Counted from the first letter of the whole stretch, positions 24,309 to 37,937 are shown. The stretch is 63,946 bases of DNA, filler included, from Choristocarpus tenellus KU-1152 (GCA_964200185.2; 13 parts of 13 records of this genome joined end to end with filler, not necessarily neighbours in it), one strand, 5' to 3'. Notes: generated from the letters alone by a model not told the origin. Program-made: numbers and translations.

Positions 24309-26912
24309 GTGAGGGTTAGGGTTAAGGTTAGGGTTAGGGCTAGTTTTTCCTTGTTTTCTGTAGTAAATGGGCTCTGTTGCTTTGAGTTGGCAACTTCCCT
24401 TTTGCTTGGGAGGTACGATTTTGGCAGAGTGTAATTGATAATGGGGTGGGTGTACATGTATGAATGGCATTTTTTTCCATTTCCATTGAAATGACTGTTT
24501 GCTGTACCAGGAGGGATCTTTGTAAGAAGCAGCTTGATCAACGTATTGTACTCCTCGAGTGCATTTGGTACTCTTTATGTATGTATGTATATATGTATGT
24601 ATGTATGTACACATCTGCATATATTTTTTCCTGTTGAGGGTAACATTCATGCTAGATAGTACCACGAGTGTATTTTTTGAAAACAATCACACATCATGTA
24701 CAGTATGGTATTAATCCCCAGGACTCTCTTGCGCTATTTTTAGGGTTGTAGATTGGAAGCATGTATTTTTAATGGCACTAGGTAGCATAAGTGAAGTTGA
24801 CTCAAAGTATTCAGTGCACTCTATTACAATCAAATTGTGCCGGTAGCGCCACAGAGCGTGCATACGCTCGAGAAAATAATAAAATTAAAAATTCTGTTCT
24901 ATTCTGTGTTTTGATTGCTAGTCATTTATTCAACGGTAGATACAGTTCATGGCACTGTATCTATTTTTACTCTATTAGCACCTGTTTGAACGATTTGTGT
25001 TGTGGATTGCTTCTGGGAAACTAACATGTGCATATTAAAAAAAAATGTCTGGGGATTACTTCTTGTAGTGATAAAAGAGGCATGCAGAGGTTTTAGGAAA
25101 ACCTCCAGGTGTTTTTTTGAAAAGACCGTGATAACAAAAGAAATGTGGTATTGATACTATTTATGTTAGTACTGTTTACCTTGGCACTGGTTTGTGCATC
25201 AACAGACCGTTTGGATTGGTGCTAAACAGAGTAATCGTAAATATACTAGAAGTGTGTTGTAACTCTACTGGTGAAGTAGTAATATGTTCTATGTCTGTTG
25301 GGTTGGGACGTAGGGTATCATATCACACAGTGGCATCATGGTGAGATATTTGAAAGGAAGGTCAGCAGTTGAGAAGAATAGAGATGTATCACCATGTGTA
25401 TATGTAGATGTATAGAGTAATATATGTAGATGTATCAAGTGTATATGTGTATGTATCAAGTATATATGTAGATGTATGGAGTATATATGTTTCTGCCCTT
25501 GCTGTAAGGTCAGCTGCTAAACCTGATGCCAGACTTGCTGCTACACAGTTTATTTTGGTATTGGAAATCTAGTTTTTCAGTAACAGTTGTTGTTGTTAGT
25601 ACGTTAATTTTGAATGCGTGTCTTTGTTTTTGGTGGGCCACCGACTGATCCGGAAATTTCCTGCTTTCTGCTAGGTAGGGAATTGTCAGCTGGGGGAGGG
25701 GTATGCCTTTGTGCAGTTACCGCTAAGTAAAACTGTCTCTTTGACTTATTTAAATTTATTTAAGTGTATATCAACAACAGTTGCTTTGATTTTGCGATCT
25801 TTCTGTACCTCTGACTACATCCTAACCCTCTCTTTTCGTTGTTGCCATTATTATTATCATTCTAATGATTATTTTTTTATTGTTAGTGCTGTTGTCGATT
25901 CTATTATTCTAGTTATTATTATTATTATTATTATTCTTGCTCTTTTTTATTAAATGATATTACTATCTGCGGATCTGTCTCTTGGAAATTTCTTTTCTAC
26001 TCTTTTTTGTCCTAAACAAACCCTCTCTGGTTAGCATCAGCGCATGCTTGCCTGTCTGCGGTAATGATTTGAATGTTGCATCTTCTCCCCGACAGATAAG
26101 ATGATTTAAAAAAAAAATGATGTTTTGAAGGTGATGATACCCCGATGATGATCTAGATAGACTTCATTCATGCTCCTTGGTGCACATTTTAAAGGGTTAT
26201 GGTTATCGCGCCAGAGAAAGAAGAAGGAAGGATTGCGTCCTGTCCGCACAGCACTCTTGTCTTTTAAGAATTATTATTCTCAAGAACGTTTAAGAATTAT
26301 TATTCTCAAGAACGTTTTCTCGCGCTTCTTCTGATATATATGTATATATATATATCATGCAAAAGAGAACCCTTTCTTCCTCGTCGTAGGAACGATTTGA
26401 ATTTGAAAGTTGACAGGTGTTGCTGATGTTGTACGACCTTTCCAAGCGTGTCTGTGATGGTTGATGGATGGATGGATGGATGGATCTACATCTCCCTCGG
26501 GAGTGAAACTGTCAGTTTCACCTTACCGAACTGAACGGCCCGATACAACTATGACACGCGTTTTTTTTTTATTTTATTGCTACAATGTGTGTGTGTGTTT
26601 TTTTATTGTTGTTTGTAACGCAGTGTGTGTATTGGTGCCTAATAATAATAATAATAATATGATCTGGTGAAGGAAGTGAAGTGGCACGAAAGCGATCGAT
26701 CTCGTAGGCCTATTGCAGTCAAAAACTGGGGGGGGGGGGGGGGGGGGGGGGGGGAAGGGAGGGGACGTTTTTTTTTTTTTTTTTTTTTTTTTGTTGGAGA
26801 AGAGAGTTGGGGNNNNNNNNNNNNNNNNNNNNNNNNNNNNNNNNNNNNNNNNNNNNTTAATTAATTAANNNNNNNNNNNNNNNNNNNNNNNNNNNNNNNN
26901 NNNNNNNNNNNN

Positions 26913-29900
26913 CCCTATGGAATAAATGCTAGTGGGGAGGGGTATGGTACAGATATGGTTGGTGATGCTTGTACTGACCAGACAGCTTTCAAATCAGATA
27001 GGGAAGAAGTCGATCCCATGCCCAGTCTGGGAACCACCCCGGAACTAGAGACTGGAGAGGGACCATACAGTAACAGCTGGGTTCGATCAAGAATCCTTCG
27101 AGTACTACGAGCAACTGCTGTGGTACTGGGGGGCCTGGGGCTGGGTCCCCTTCCTAGCGATGATGCATTATGGAAGACCGTTCAACCAGCTATTCTGGAC
27201 GGAACCTTACTGCATCGGATCAGGCATTTCGATCGGTAAGTTTGTGGCTGACGCGTCCAGGCCAGTTGGGTTGACATATAGGGTTGAACTGTTCTCTTGC
27301 TTCAATATTTTTTGTGACAATATTGCAAATAATCAAAACTGAGTGGGTGGGAAATGTTGTAGAGGAAAACTCGTCCTACTGGCTTATTGCCACAGGTATG
27401 GAACATTTCGTTGGTGTTACTAGTGGAAGTGTTGATATTGTCAGAATGCTTGCCTACCCCCTAAGTATTTGTCCCAACTCTTTTTTTGCAGTGACGATGT
27501 AGGTATACAGGATTAATTGAGACGCCTTGATTACTATATTACAGCTGTGTTAATACTACTACTACTGCTGCTGCTGCTACTACTACTACGTATAAATAAT
27601 GATATTCAGTGAAGGAGGGTTCCTTGTTGTGACCCTCACAATGTTTTGGTGAGTATCAGTTGTGCAGGGATTGTTAGCTTTGCTTTTCCTCGTGGATCTG
27701 TTTTCATCTCCATTTAGCAACAAGACTTGGCTCGATAAAAATTCGCATGTAGTGTTATTTCCACAGGGAACGTGATCACAATGTTTCATACACCACAATG
27801 AATCGTTTTTTTCGAGAGATGTTATGTCCTGAGAACAGAAACATACCCAGCCAGCACAAATATGGAGAAGCAGTTGGATGTTATAGCGTAGGCTGACTTA
27901 GGCATGCGAAAATAAGAAAATGGAGTTGGTGTAGAGAAAGGAAGTACCTTACTGCTATGTATTGCACTGAACTACACGAAGACATTGCTGGAGATGGCTG
28001 TGGCGATACTGCTCTACCCCTCTCTCGTCTTTCACTCTCAATCATACGGATCATTCTGTCATCGATTTCACTTACACCCCACTCCGTTTTTCCCTTCTAA
28101 GTCGCACCCTATCACAAGGCATTATGGAAGGAGTAAACGCCTTGTTAGCCATGGGTGCTGAGGGCGAAGAGGGACAGACGCCATGGATCCTCACACCAGT
28201 TTGTAGCAGCCAAGAGTCTCCAAGAGAGGGCGACACAGTTCATGGCAGCTACCACAGGGACGATTGCTGTAAAAAAGAAACGAATATGCATCGTAGTGAG
28301 GATACCTTTACCGAGGAAAGCAAGAAGGGGGAGGAACTAGATGGAGAGAAAGCAACAAGGTTTAGTCAAGATCAGAGCAACGAACTCAACAGAGCCAGTT
28401 ACCTGAAGTTTGTGCGGGCTCTGGAAGAATGGTTTGCATCCCTTTGGGCATATGATGAGATCGCACATCCTACAGAGGATTCATTGGCAGGTCGTGCTTT
28501 GGTGGCGCAGACAAAGTGGCGAGAGACTATGGCTCGCATGGCTCGTACTGAACTCGACATTGGTCTCGAGGAATTTCGGTGGGTAGGCAGTTACACAAAA
28601 TTATGTATTTTTCGATCGAAGAATGAAGAGAGGAGGATTAGTCGAAATGTTTCGAATGAGCTCACGTCCACAGTTCTGTAGTTTCCCACTGATTGTGTGC
28701 ATACCTCATGCATGTACAGCACCGACAACTGTACCAATCAATGGCTTCCCTTGATCTGATCATTGTGTCTGAGGTCCTCTTTTCGGGAAGTAGACTTCAT
28801 GGAAGGGTTGCAAACTAACGTTTTCGTCATACTGATGCCCATATATAACCCTCCACCATACTCACACAAATTCTTATGACTACACCTTAACTCTCCAATG
28901 TCGCACCGGCCTCACCTATTCCTTCCACATCTTGCTGCCTGGTTCATATACTGTAAGGTCCAAGCTGTTGAATGAAGAGATAAGTGAGGCAGAGAAACGC
29001 ACAGTGTATCTCTTCCGTAGGAGGGCCTGGGGAGAAGAGAGGCTTGGTGTTGCCCGCCTCATGCAGCTGACCTCCCCCATGGGTCACTCTCTCCTCTCCT
29101 GGGCAGCAGCATGTGGGCAGGCAGCCATAGTAGAGGTTCTGATCGACCATGGAGCAGAACCAGGCTTTGGAGACGACATCAGATCCGTTAGTGCCACAAT
29201 AATACAGGTGATGAACGAAAGAGAAGTAAAGGAGCACAGTGTAATTGCACTCCCTAACCCAATGGCTACTATAATGATTCCCGTTTGTTCTCCAAGCTTC
29301 TGTCTAGCGCTCATTGCCTAGATCACTTCAGGACAGATATCAAAATCCTTCTACCCGCGCCTGTGTATGTACGTACAAGACCCTCGCTGTTCGCCTCAGG
29401 CAGAAAAAAAAAGCCTTAACATGCATGCAAGTCACCTCATTGTTAGCTATTTTCTTCTCAATGCCCCCCAGCACCAAACTCTGCAATCCACTCAAATCTC
29501 ACTCTACCCCTAGACCACCTGCCACGAAAGACTGTATGAATCAACAGGCAAATATACTTGCCATTTTTCGGTTTCTCCTATCCAGACGATCTACCGTTCT
29601 CATAAGTCACTGCAGAGCAAAAAGAGTCAACCAAATACATATCTTCCTGATGGCAAAGAACGTTTGTGCAAGCTGGCACACACTTGCAAAATGACTAATC
29701 TATCTCTTGTTCTGCGGAAAAAGAAGAGGGAACGCCGCCTCCCCATAACTGAAGCAGCGTACAACAGCCGCTATGAAGTGCTGCAGGTAACACTTAAACT
29801 CCCTGCCCACCCCCCACCCCCATAGGTGGTGATAAAAATTCTTTAAGGCTCTTGCCACCAACCCATATGATACACCTTGCATTTAGTAACAAGTTGGTTA

Positions 29901-31006
29901 TTCAAGACAGCAGAGTTGAATTTGGGTATGAAAAAATTGTTGTTTGGTATGCAAAGAACAACTACTTTCGAGGGTAAAGTAACTGCAGCCTGTCATTGAG
30001 GAACTCAGAGTTCTTGTGCTTGCTTTATGTTCTTTTGGATCCCTGTAGTTGTCGACTGTTCCCATTCCCTGCGGTAAACCCTTCTTATTCCACAACGTCT
30101 ATTTGTTGAAGCTTGTCTACTTGCTCGATCCTCAGTGTAGCCTTCAACTAATTCGAACGTTCTGGAGGTGTCTCCAACTATCCATCCGAAAGTTAGGAAG
30201 GATAAAAAAAATATATGGTTATTTCCACATCCTTCTCACAAGTCACCTCTTCTGACCTGCTTGATGTCTATCCCTGTCGCCACCTTACAGCAATGGATTA
30301 GAAAAACTCACTTATATCTGCCTCCTCACTTCCACTTCATTGCTCAAAGTGCGTTCGCCCCTCCCTCTTCTTTTCACACCCTGATGAGTGAATATCTTAA
30401 GAGGGTACGAGTTTTGCCCTGTTTGTCCATCTAGGGCTTGTCTTCCCTCAGGGTTTTTATGACATTTTCCTACTCCAAAATATTTCAGAGTAGGTAATAT
30501 GTATACATTATGAAAAGGTGTGCCTGGAACAAGGATATTAACGCTTCCTAACAAACATGATAGCCAAAATTGCATCAAAATCGCAACATTGGGTTTTGGC
30601 CCCAAATGGACACGGCTCTACCCTCTAAGATACTTTGGCTCTGATCCCCTCCCCTTTTGGTCCTCCCCTACAGTTCTTCCGGCTCCGACGGATCCCCCTT
30701 GCCAACAAGATTCTCACCTGGGTCTACCCCAGGGCCCCTCCCCCTTTTGCTCCCCCTGGACACGACGGCTCCCTTGAGTCGTGCTCTCTAGACGTCCCAA
30801 TGACATGTGAGGGCTGCGCGGAGGCCGGCTCGAGGGATATCGGATCGAAACAATACTTTCCTGGGGAAGGGTGGGTGAAGGAAGGGGAGGGAAGCAACCA
30901 TTTCACTATCACCCAGAAGGTGGCGCAGGCGATGATGAGGGAGGTCAATGCCGTCAGAATGATGGGAACGGAGGAGGCAAAGAGGAGACGCATTGTTCGT
31001 GGAAAG
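26913..31006 (+). CDS. Partial spliced gene: dynein-stalk/MTBD-like segment plus ankyrin repeats plus IQ motif
   Basis: Five phase-compatible GT-AG exons: <26913-27235, 28102-28578, 28958-29207, 29586-29786, 30674-31006. Joined peptide includes ALWKTVQPAILDGTLLHRIRHFDRRTL…VRALEEWFASLWAYDEIAHP, GHSLLSWAAACGQAAIVEVLIDHGA, SATIIQTIYRSHK and RLPITEAAYNSRYEVLQ. Both ends missing. Confidence 0.8.
30386..30641 (-). mobile_element. MITE family A (intronic)
   Basis: Both TIRs; 4-bp TSD TGAT. Confidence 0.9.
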
Positions 31007-31377
31007 GTGTGAATGTGGGGGTCTGAAAGATGACAGGGTTAGGGTTGGAGTGACCGCTTGACCCTCTGTCAACACCTTTATCAAAGGCAGAGACCTGAAG
31101 GGAAAGGCAAACATATAGTGTGTTGCGGGAAGTAAACTTCTGGTCCTCTACCATGGGGGAGGGAGAGAGCGGGGGTGGGTGGAGGCTCAGTGTACTTATT
31201 ATCACTACATCATTTCATTTTTTTTATATGAAAAAACATAACAAAATTTTAAAAGAGGTTAATGTAGAAGTGGGATATCATTACACTCGAGGGAGTTTGC
31301 TTCTCATGATTTCAACCTTGTTTAACGCTCCCGAGATCATTGTGAGCAGGCCATAGCTTTGGGGACGGACCCCAAGT

Positions 31378-31616
31378 GAGTGAAATTATCTTAGAGGGTA
31401 CGAGTTTTGCCCTGTTTGTCCATTTGGGGTTTGGCTTCCCTCGGGGATTATATAACATTCTCCTACTCGAAAAAATATCAGAGTGGGTAAAATGTATACG
31501 TTATGAAAATATGTATCCGGAACAAGGATATTGACACTTCCAAACAATCACGATAACCAAAATTACATCAAAATCGCAACACTGGATTTTGGCCCCCAAA
31601 TGGACGCGACTCTACC
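31378..31616 (-). mobile_element. MITE family A (truncated by contig end)
   Basis: GAGTGAAATTATCTTAGAGGGTACGAGTTTTGCCC… to the gap. Confidence 0.9.
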
Positions 31617-31949
31617 NNNNNNNNNNNNNNNNNNNNNNNNNNNNNNNNNNNNNNNNNNNNTTAATTAATTAANNNNNNNNNNNNNNNNNNNNNNNNNNNN
31701 NNNNNNNNNNNNNNNNACATGCTTGCTAATCCGACGTCTCTGCATTTCCCTGGCGCCAGAATTGGGCCGAAAGTGATTGGCTGTAAACCTAACCCGCGTG
31801 TTTGTCTCCAGCGTTTGCGTAGGAGCCAAAGGTCTCCTCGGTGCCACCGTACTGCTCTGTCCTGTAGACGCTTGAAGGATACGTCCTTGGACAGACGAAT
31901 GCAAGGGCACCCCAGTACATGCGCCTGCACTGGCAGAGGCCCCTTTACC

Positions 31950-34900
31950 CTGTCACGTACCGATGTTCTCCTTATCATAATCGTCCTCGTCGTCCTTGTC
32001 TTCCTTCTGCTTCTCCTCGTCCTCCTCCTCCTCTTCATCTTCCTCCTCGTCCTCCTCCTTGTCGTCGCCGGTGTTGTCTTCCTTTTCGTCCCCATTCTCC
32101 CTCCCCTCTCCTCTCCTCGTCCCTTCAATGTAGTTTTCCGTCCCTCTCTCACAAAACCCCCCTTTCCCTCGCCTCGATAGCAGATCGTAGAACTGTCAAG
32201 GCCCTGGTAGGAATCTTTTTGCCGTTCCCAACAAGTTTCTCGCAAGTCCAAACAATACCCACCACGGGTTCCCAGCTAACGTCCTTAACTCGCTTTTGTT
32301 TCCCACCTCGCCCGGATCTATCACCAGCGTGCTTCCAGCCTTCTACAAAACTACTTTTGCCATATTTCTCAAGGGTCATTAGTGCGGCGTTGTCACGTGT
32401 GTGATCACTGGTCGGCCAAAGCCAGTGAATATCCACTCCATGCTCCCCGTCCTCGCCAACGCGCTCCGCTAGAATCTTGCTGACCAAGAGCGGCGCCTCC
32501 GTTGCCACAAAAAAGGCACCCCTGCCTTCCTGCACTGAGACGAGGTTTCCATGGTTCCCTGATGTCAACATAGTACGAAGCCAACCCCGTCGACGGGAGT
32601 CAGGTTCTTCCTTTTCACTGTCCGATGAGGAAGAGTGTGTTTCCTCGAGCCGCCGAGATCATTGCAACCGTTGACGAGATTATCTCCCCCACCTGAACGT
32701 TCGCCCTGGTCGTTGTCTTCGACGTCATCGGTGCTAGTTCCAGTGCCGTCGTCATCGGTGGGAAGCCAAAGGACTGGGAGGTCGAAATCTCGTTCCCCTG
32801 TCTTTTGGAGAAGTCGCACAGATTCGCTTTGCTCGTGTTTCGCTCTCTGAACGGCTTCATCGTCTGTGAAGGTGGAATCCATGAGCATGAGGACATCAAC
32901 GGTATGGATGCAGGAATGCTGCTTTGTTACCAGGCGTGAGGTTTCACAAATGCGCTCGGGGAGCATGTGGTGAGAGGGAGGGTGTATATTTCGTCGGAAT
33001 CGTATCTGTTGAGTACAAGACCGGTACCCTCAAAACATTTATGGGGAGTAATCTATGGTAATTTTTATTATATAATGCGACGATCACTACACATGAGAAT
33101 GCATATTTTTCAAGATTTTTTTTCTAAAGGCTGTAAAGGCTGCCTCATACAAAGGTTGCACCTGATTTTTTTGGCTGCCCCCGAATACCAAAATTAGCTA
33201 TGAACTCCCCTCATGAAAAAATCGACTTACCCAGTGGGTACGCAGCAGGGAGGCGCTCATGCGATGCCTCGTACCGCTGCTCCACCTTCTGGATGACGTC
33301 TTTGGGAACGCTCTTGAGCTGGTAGGGTGGTGCATCTTAGATACGAGGCAGGTGGCCGATGAAGAGGTCGTGCGGAGGGGCATTGGGGTCCATAGCAAGG
33401 TCTCCGCCTATCCCACTCCATTCTGTGCTGTGCATGTATCGCTATACGCTAACCTTCACCCGCCCATCACCGCCTTTTTCAACGCGAGAAGCTCTGTAGC
33501 TCGTGATGTTGGGGACACGGTTGATGCGGCCGCGAAGGAGTCCCTTGAAGTTGCCCTCGTTCCGTAGGGTGTTGTAGTATACTGGAACCTCCGTGTAGGA
33601 GGCCTGCAGCTCTTCACCCAGCTGTGTTCTTGTGAATATGTTTTTGCCTTTTATTCCACGTGAGAACCTGAAGGTGAAATGCAAGCAAGTTAATTTCGAG
33701 TCGGGGACGAAAGAGGCGAAGTGGATAAGCAGGATATATATGCAGGCACATCCTCTGATGCATGTATATGAAAAATCACTATAAAATTGGGTGATGCGTA
33801 CATTTGTTTTCGTTGTTTTTGTTTCGAGAGTATGTTACGAAACAGTTTTGGCAGCTGCTCTTATATCATTAAATTTTGTTGTGGGGAAATCAAAAGCCAA
33901 TCAATCAATTACAGCGTACGGCCAGAAACCTTTGAGGAATGCAACAAGCGTGAGCTGCAAGCCTCGAGGCTGTATCTGTCCATATAAAAACACTATGTGG
34001 CTATCGAACTTGCATATCTTGCCTAATATCCTGGAGAAGATCTGATCGATTTTGATGTGCGTGTGCCCCACCATCATAAAATGTATCTCGACTACTCAAA
34101 TGACAGTCGCCGCAACCAACAGCCCCGCGTATCCAAGAAAGAAATTGTTCTTGTTCTCTGAGACGCAGTTGTCGACCTGGCCAGTTTGGGGAGTTGGGAG
34201 CGAGGGAGGATGGGCGTGAGGCCAATATGTCAGCCCATTTCGCCACGTTTCGCGGAGAAACAGGGTAGGTTTCCAGTATTGCTAGAGCGCAATCTCTACA
34301 TCACCGCCATAATACATGCAGGTTGCAATACACAAACCAAAACTAAAGAGCGTGCAGTTAGTTACTTGGTGACTGGTATTCAGCGAGTATGTGTTGAGTA
34401 GGTCGTGTCAAGATGAAACCTTCTTACCTGCCAATGCGTGTGCTGGATGATGCAATTCCCCGAGTCATCGAGACTGTTGCTGTACTTGTCGATAAGCCTT
34501 ATGAGGGCAAGGTGGGTGACTGTGCAGACAAGGTTACAACCTGCGCGAACAATGATGTTAAACAACTGTTGGCAAAAGGTACTCTGCTCATTTATGCATT
34601 GTTTATTTGGAGCTAAAAAGAGGGGTAATATAATTTGTTTATGCAATGTAGAGGACATACACCCATACGGCAATGTACATGTCTGCGATCTCCACTACCC
34701 ATTGATTAGCTCTTACGCTACTCTACAGTACGTACCTCCTCCTATATTGATAGGAGTGAAGAACACCTCCGCGAACTGGCCTTCGACGTGTGCAGTCATG
34801 ATCTTCTGGCGCTCGGAGTAGCCCCTGATAAGGGGGACATGAACGAAAGGAACATGTAAAGAAAGGTCATCATGATGAACGGAATAGGTAGTGGAATTAT

Positions 34901-36608
34901 GTGCGTTTGTTTTGTGGCGATTATTTCTTTGGACTTTGCACTCATCCGTAGAATAAAACATGGTCGTCTATTCTGTTCCGCGTGCAGCTGTAAAGTTCTT
35001 GTCGGATGGACTATGTGTGCGTGTGGTTACCTGTCACCGCCGTGGGTAGGTGGGTGAAGTGCTGGGAGGGCGTGTGCTGTCGGTTCGCGGCGTCTACGGA
35101 CATGAACACGAAGCCGAGAGGTTTGCCATCGGCATTGGCCCGCATGGCGTTGCTGGTGCTGTTGGCGATGACCAGTTGATCCGCTTTGATAATCTGGCGA
35201 ATCGGGGACAGCAACATCACGTGAATTAATCAAATAAATCTGCTCAGAGTTAAAAAAAAAAAAATGCCGCTTGTTAACACGTATCAGGTTAGTTAGTAAC
35301 AATAATGTAGTCTGGGTAACAATAGATGTTAGTATTGGGATATGTGTTTTTTATTGCTACGTTCAAGACAAACACCAAGTTATCGGGATGGTAGGAAGTA
35401 CGCACGTACCGGGCCGGAAGACCGCTACATGACCTGTCCCTCCCACAGCCCGTTGTACACGACCAGGAAGCAGTCTGTCTTACAAGGTGTTTGGGCAGCT
35501 AATAACAGCAAGTTTCGCGGCGAGTGAGGCTACTGCTGCTGCCATAAACACCTACGTGGGAGTCTTCATCCGCAAAAGGACACAGATTTACTTCAAAACG
35601 GAGGGAAATGACGGTGACATGTTGTCACTGTACCCTTGTTGCAAAATTAACGCTGGACACCTACCTGTCGATGGTCTGACAGCTCCTTATCGACGGACTC
35701 AAGGACGGTGGAATCATTCGTGGGTTTTACACCAGGTGCACCGTGCCGCTTCTCTTTTAACGTGACACATATGTTACATTTCATAAACTCGCCTCCTACC
35801 CTCACCCTGATGTTGGGCCTGTCCTCTCTGAGCAATCGGAGGAAGTACTCCTTGCTTACCCGCTTGGAAGGGTCGTCAGGATACCCGTATTGCCTCTTTG
35901 CAAAAATCCTTGTATAGCTCCTAATTAAAAACATTGGTTGTGTGGGCAAGTGAGGAGTTATTGAGAAGGAACACTCAAAGAACACCCCTGCAACATCTCT
36001 CGAAGGCGAGCTGACCAATAACTTGACTGAGAACGCGGAAGACAGGATCAAGCAATCTTACATCGTGCATTACGAAAGAGCATATACAACGATCTGATTA
36101 AATCTGCCATGAGCGTCATTCAGTTCGGGCCTCGCTGCCGTTTGCAGAGGCAACAAAGGAAGCGAATCTACCATCATCATCATCATCGCAAAGTGCTTTG
36201 GACATACGAAGTACACACTTTTCCTACCAATGTCAGACCGGGCCTGGGGCCGCAGAGTATGTGTGCTCGGCGTTGAAATAACATTTATTGTGTCTTCCTT
36301 CGTAAAATCGACAACGAGTATCATCATGAATATTGATATATATCGACATAGCAAACGAAAAAGATAGCACTTTGTATGAATCTTGACATGTTCTTATAAC
36401 CATAATATCAAACCGGTCAAGGTAATGAACATCCACCACTGAAAATACTATTTAGATCCACCTTTTCTATGTACTGCTGGGTCACACGGTTTGCATCTAA
36501 CTCCAACACAGGGTGCAGCCAACCTCTCCACAACCAAGGGCAAAACCGACCTCTTTGTTCGCGGCGTAGATCACAATTGTTGACTTGTGAGGCATGAACT
36601 GCCCGTAC
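31950..36608 (-). pseudogene. Intron-containing DDD transposase gene (Sola-like/DUF7869-type), disrupted, copy 1
   Basis: Minus-strand exons: YGQFMPHKSTIVIYAANKE; FLRLLREDRPNIRVRVGGEFMKCNICV; FVFMSVDAA; GCNLVCTVTH…HTHWQ|VDNCVSENKNNFFLGYAGLLV; EIHFMMVGHTHIKIDQIFSR (~34030-34090); then a C-terminal domain (…GVDIHWLWP…) and an acidic tail. In-frame TGA near 34096 and frameshifts. Confidence 0.8.
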
Positions 36609-37541
36609 NNNNNNNNNNNNNNNNNNNNNNNNNNNNNNNNNNNNNNNNNNNNTTAATTAATTAANNNNNNNNNNNNNNNNNNNNNNNNNNNNNNNNNNNN
36701 NNNNNNNNCCCCTCCCCCCCCTGATACTTTGGGCAAAAAAGTCGGCAGTGTTGGCAATTTTGAGCTGCCTGCCATGGCAATTTGAAGTTTCCTTTAGTAA
36801 TGCACCACACATCAGTCCACAGTACGCTTAAGACTTTTGCTGGGTCTTGCACAAACACAAAATGACACTCTGTACAAAAGTAGACACAGAAAGGCTTGTG
36901 GGACTTCACAACTCCACCCTCCCAACTCAGGAAAGAAAAAGGATATACACCAGATCCTAGCTCTACTTTGTCCTTTGTTCTGTGCTGTACCATCATGGGT
37001 GACTCTCTTTACATGCACTGGCTTCAACTTTTATCTGTCCTATAAACCCCTACTGTACCACATCGCTTGAGTCTACCAACAAACCGTGAAAAACTACCCC
37101 CCCCCCCCTACAACTTCTGCATGTACTGACTTTTGCAATGAAATCAACAGACTCCTTGAAGGCTAGTGCTGATGGTGGATGCACAACACTTGAAAAATAT
37201 ATATATGTGTGTGTGTGTGTTAGCTGAGCGCTTCCAAAGCAAGTGGGGATCTGCCTTCCAAATTGAAAACACTGCAGACATGTTGCTTTCTATGTCAAAA
37301 TAAAATAAAAGAGGAAGCGATTTTCCAAGAGAGGTCATTCGAATCTTGAAATTTTGGTTTTCTGTTCAACTCAGGCGATATGTAAACTGTAATTGTGTCA
37401 TCGGGACAGATCCTGAGTATCACATGAACAGCAAAAACGGGCGCCCATTATCCCAACTATTCAGATCATTTGATATTGGTGTCACCCCATGTCCATTTAC
37501 CGTCAGCAACTAAAGGAACATTTGCATCAGCCAAGAGTAAA

Positions 37542-37703
37542 GAGTCAAAGTATCTTAGAGGGTATAACCTTTTTTTAACGTAGACATTTTACCAACTCCG
37601 AAACATTTCAGAATAGGAAAATGTCATAAAAAACGTGGAAAGCCAAGCCCCAAACGGATAAACAGGGCAAAACTCGTACCCTAAGCCTAAGATGCTTTCC
37701 CTC
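37542..37703 (+). mobile_element. MITE family A, internally deleted
   Basis: Both TIRs retained, ~95 bp internal loss; 3-bp TSD AAA. Confidence 0.85.
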
Positions 37704-37937
37704 AAACAGAGATATGATGAAATGGTAGATATAGTTGGCCAAAGCACAGGGACATTGGGTGGATGTCTCAACACAAACCACCTATCTCACTACACTGAGT
37801 CTGTAGTGCATTGCCATGCTGTGTCCCGCTCTTGATAGATTCGCAATGGTTGATACCTAGTAGACTTCAGCTTAGAGTAACCCTTCAATTGACTGTAGTG
37901 CATTTTATCGATGGATATGACATTGTTGTGATATGTT

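Noticed and set aside
25390-26812. Microsatellites, poly-G/poly-T runs and a 26-bp duplication at 26265-26316
   Set aside because: Ordinary low-complexity intronic or intergenic sequence.
31661-32404. Overlapping Arg-rich and Leu-rich ORFs
   Set aside because: Alternative frames of a purine-rich tract encoding the transposase's acidic tail.
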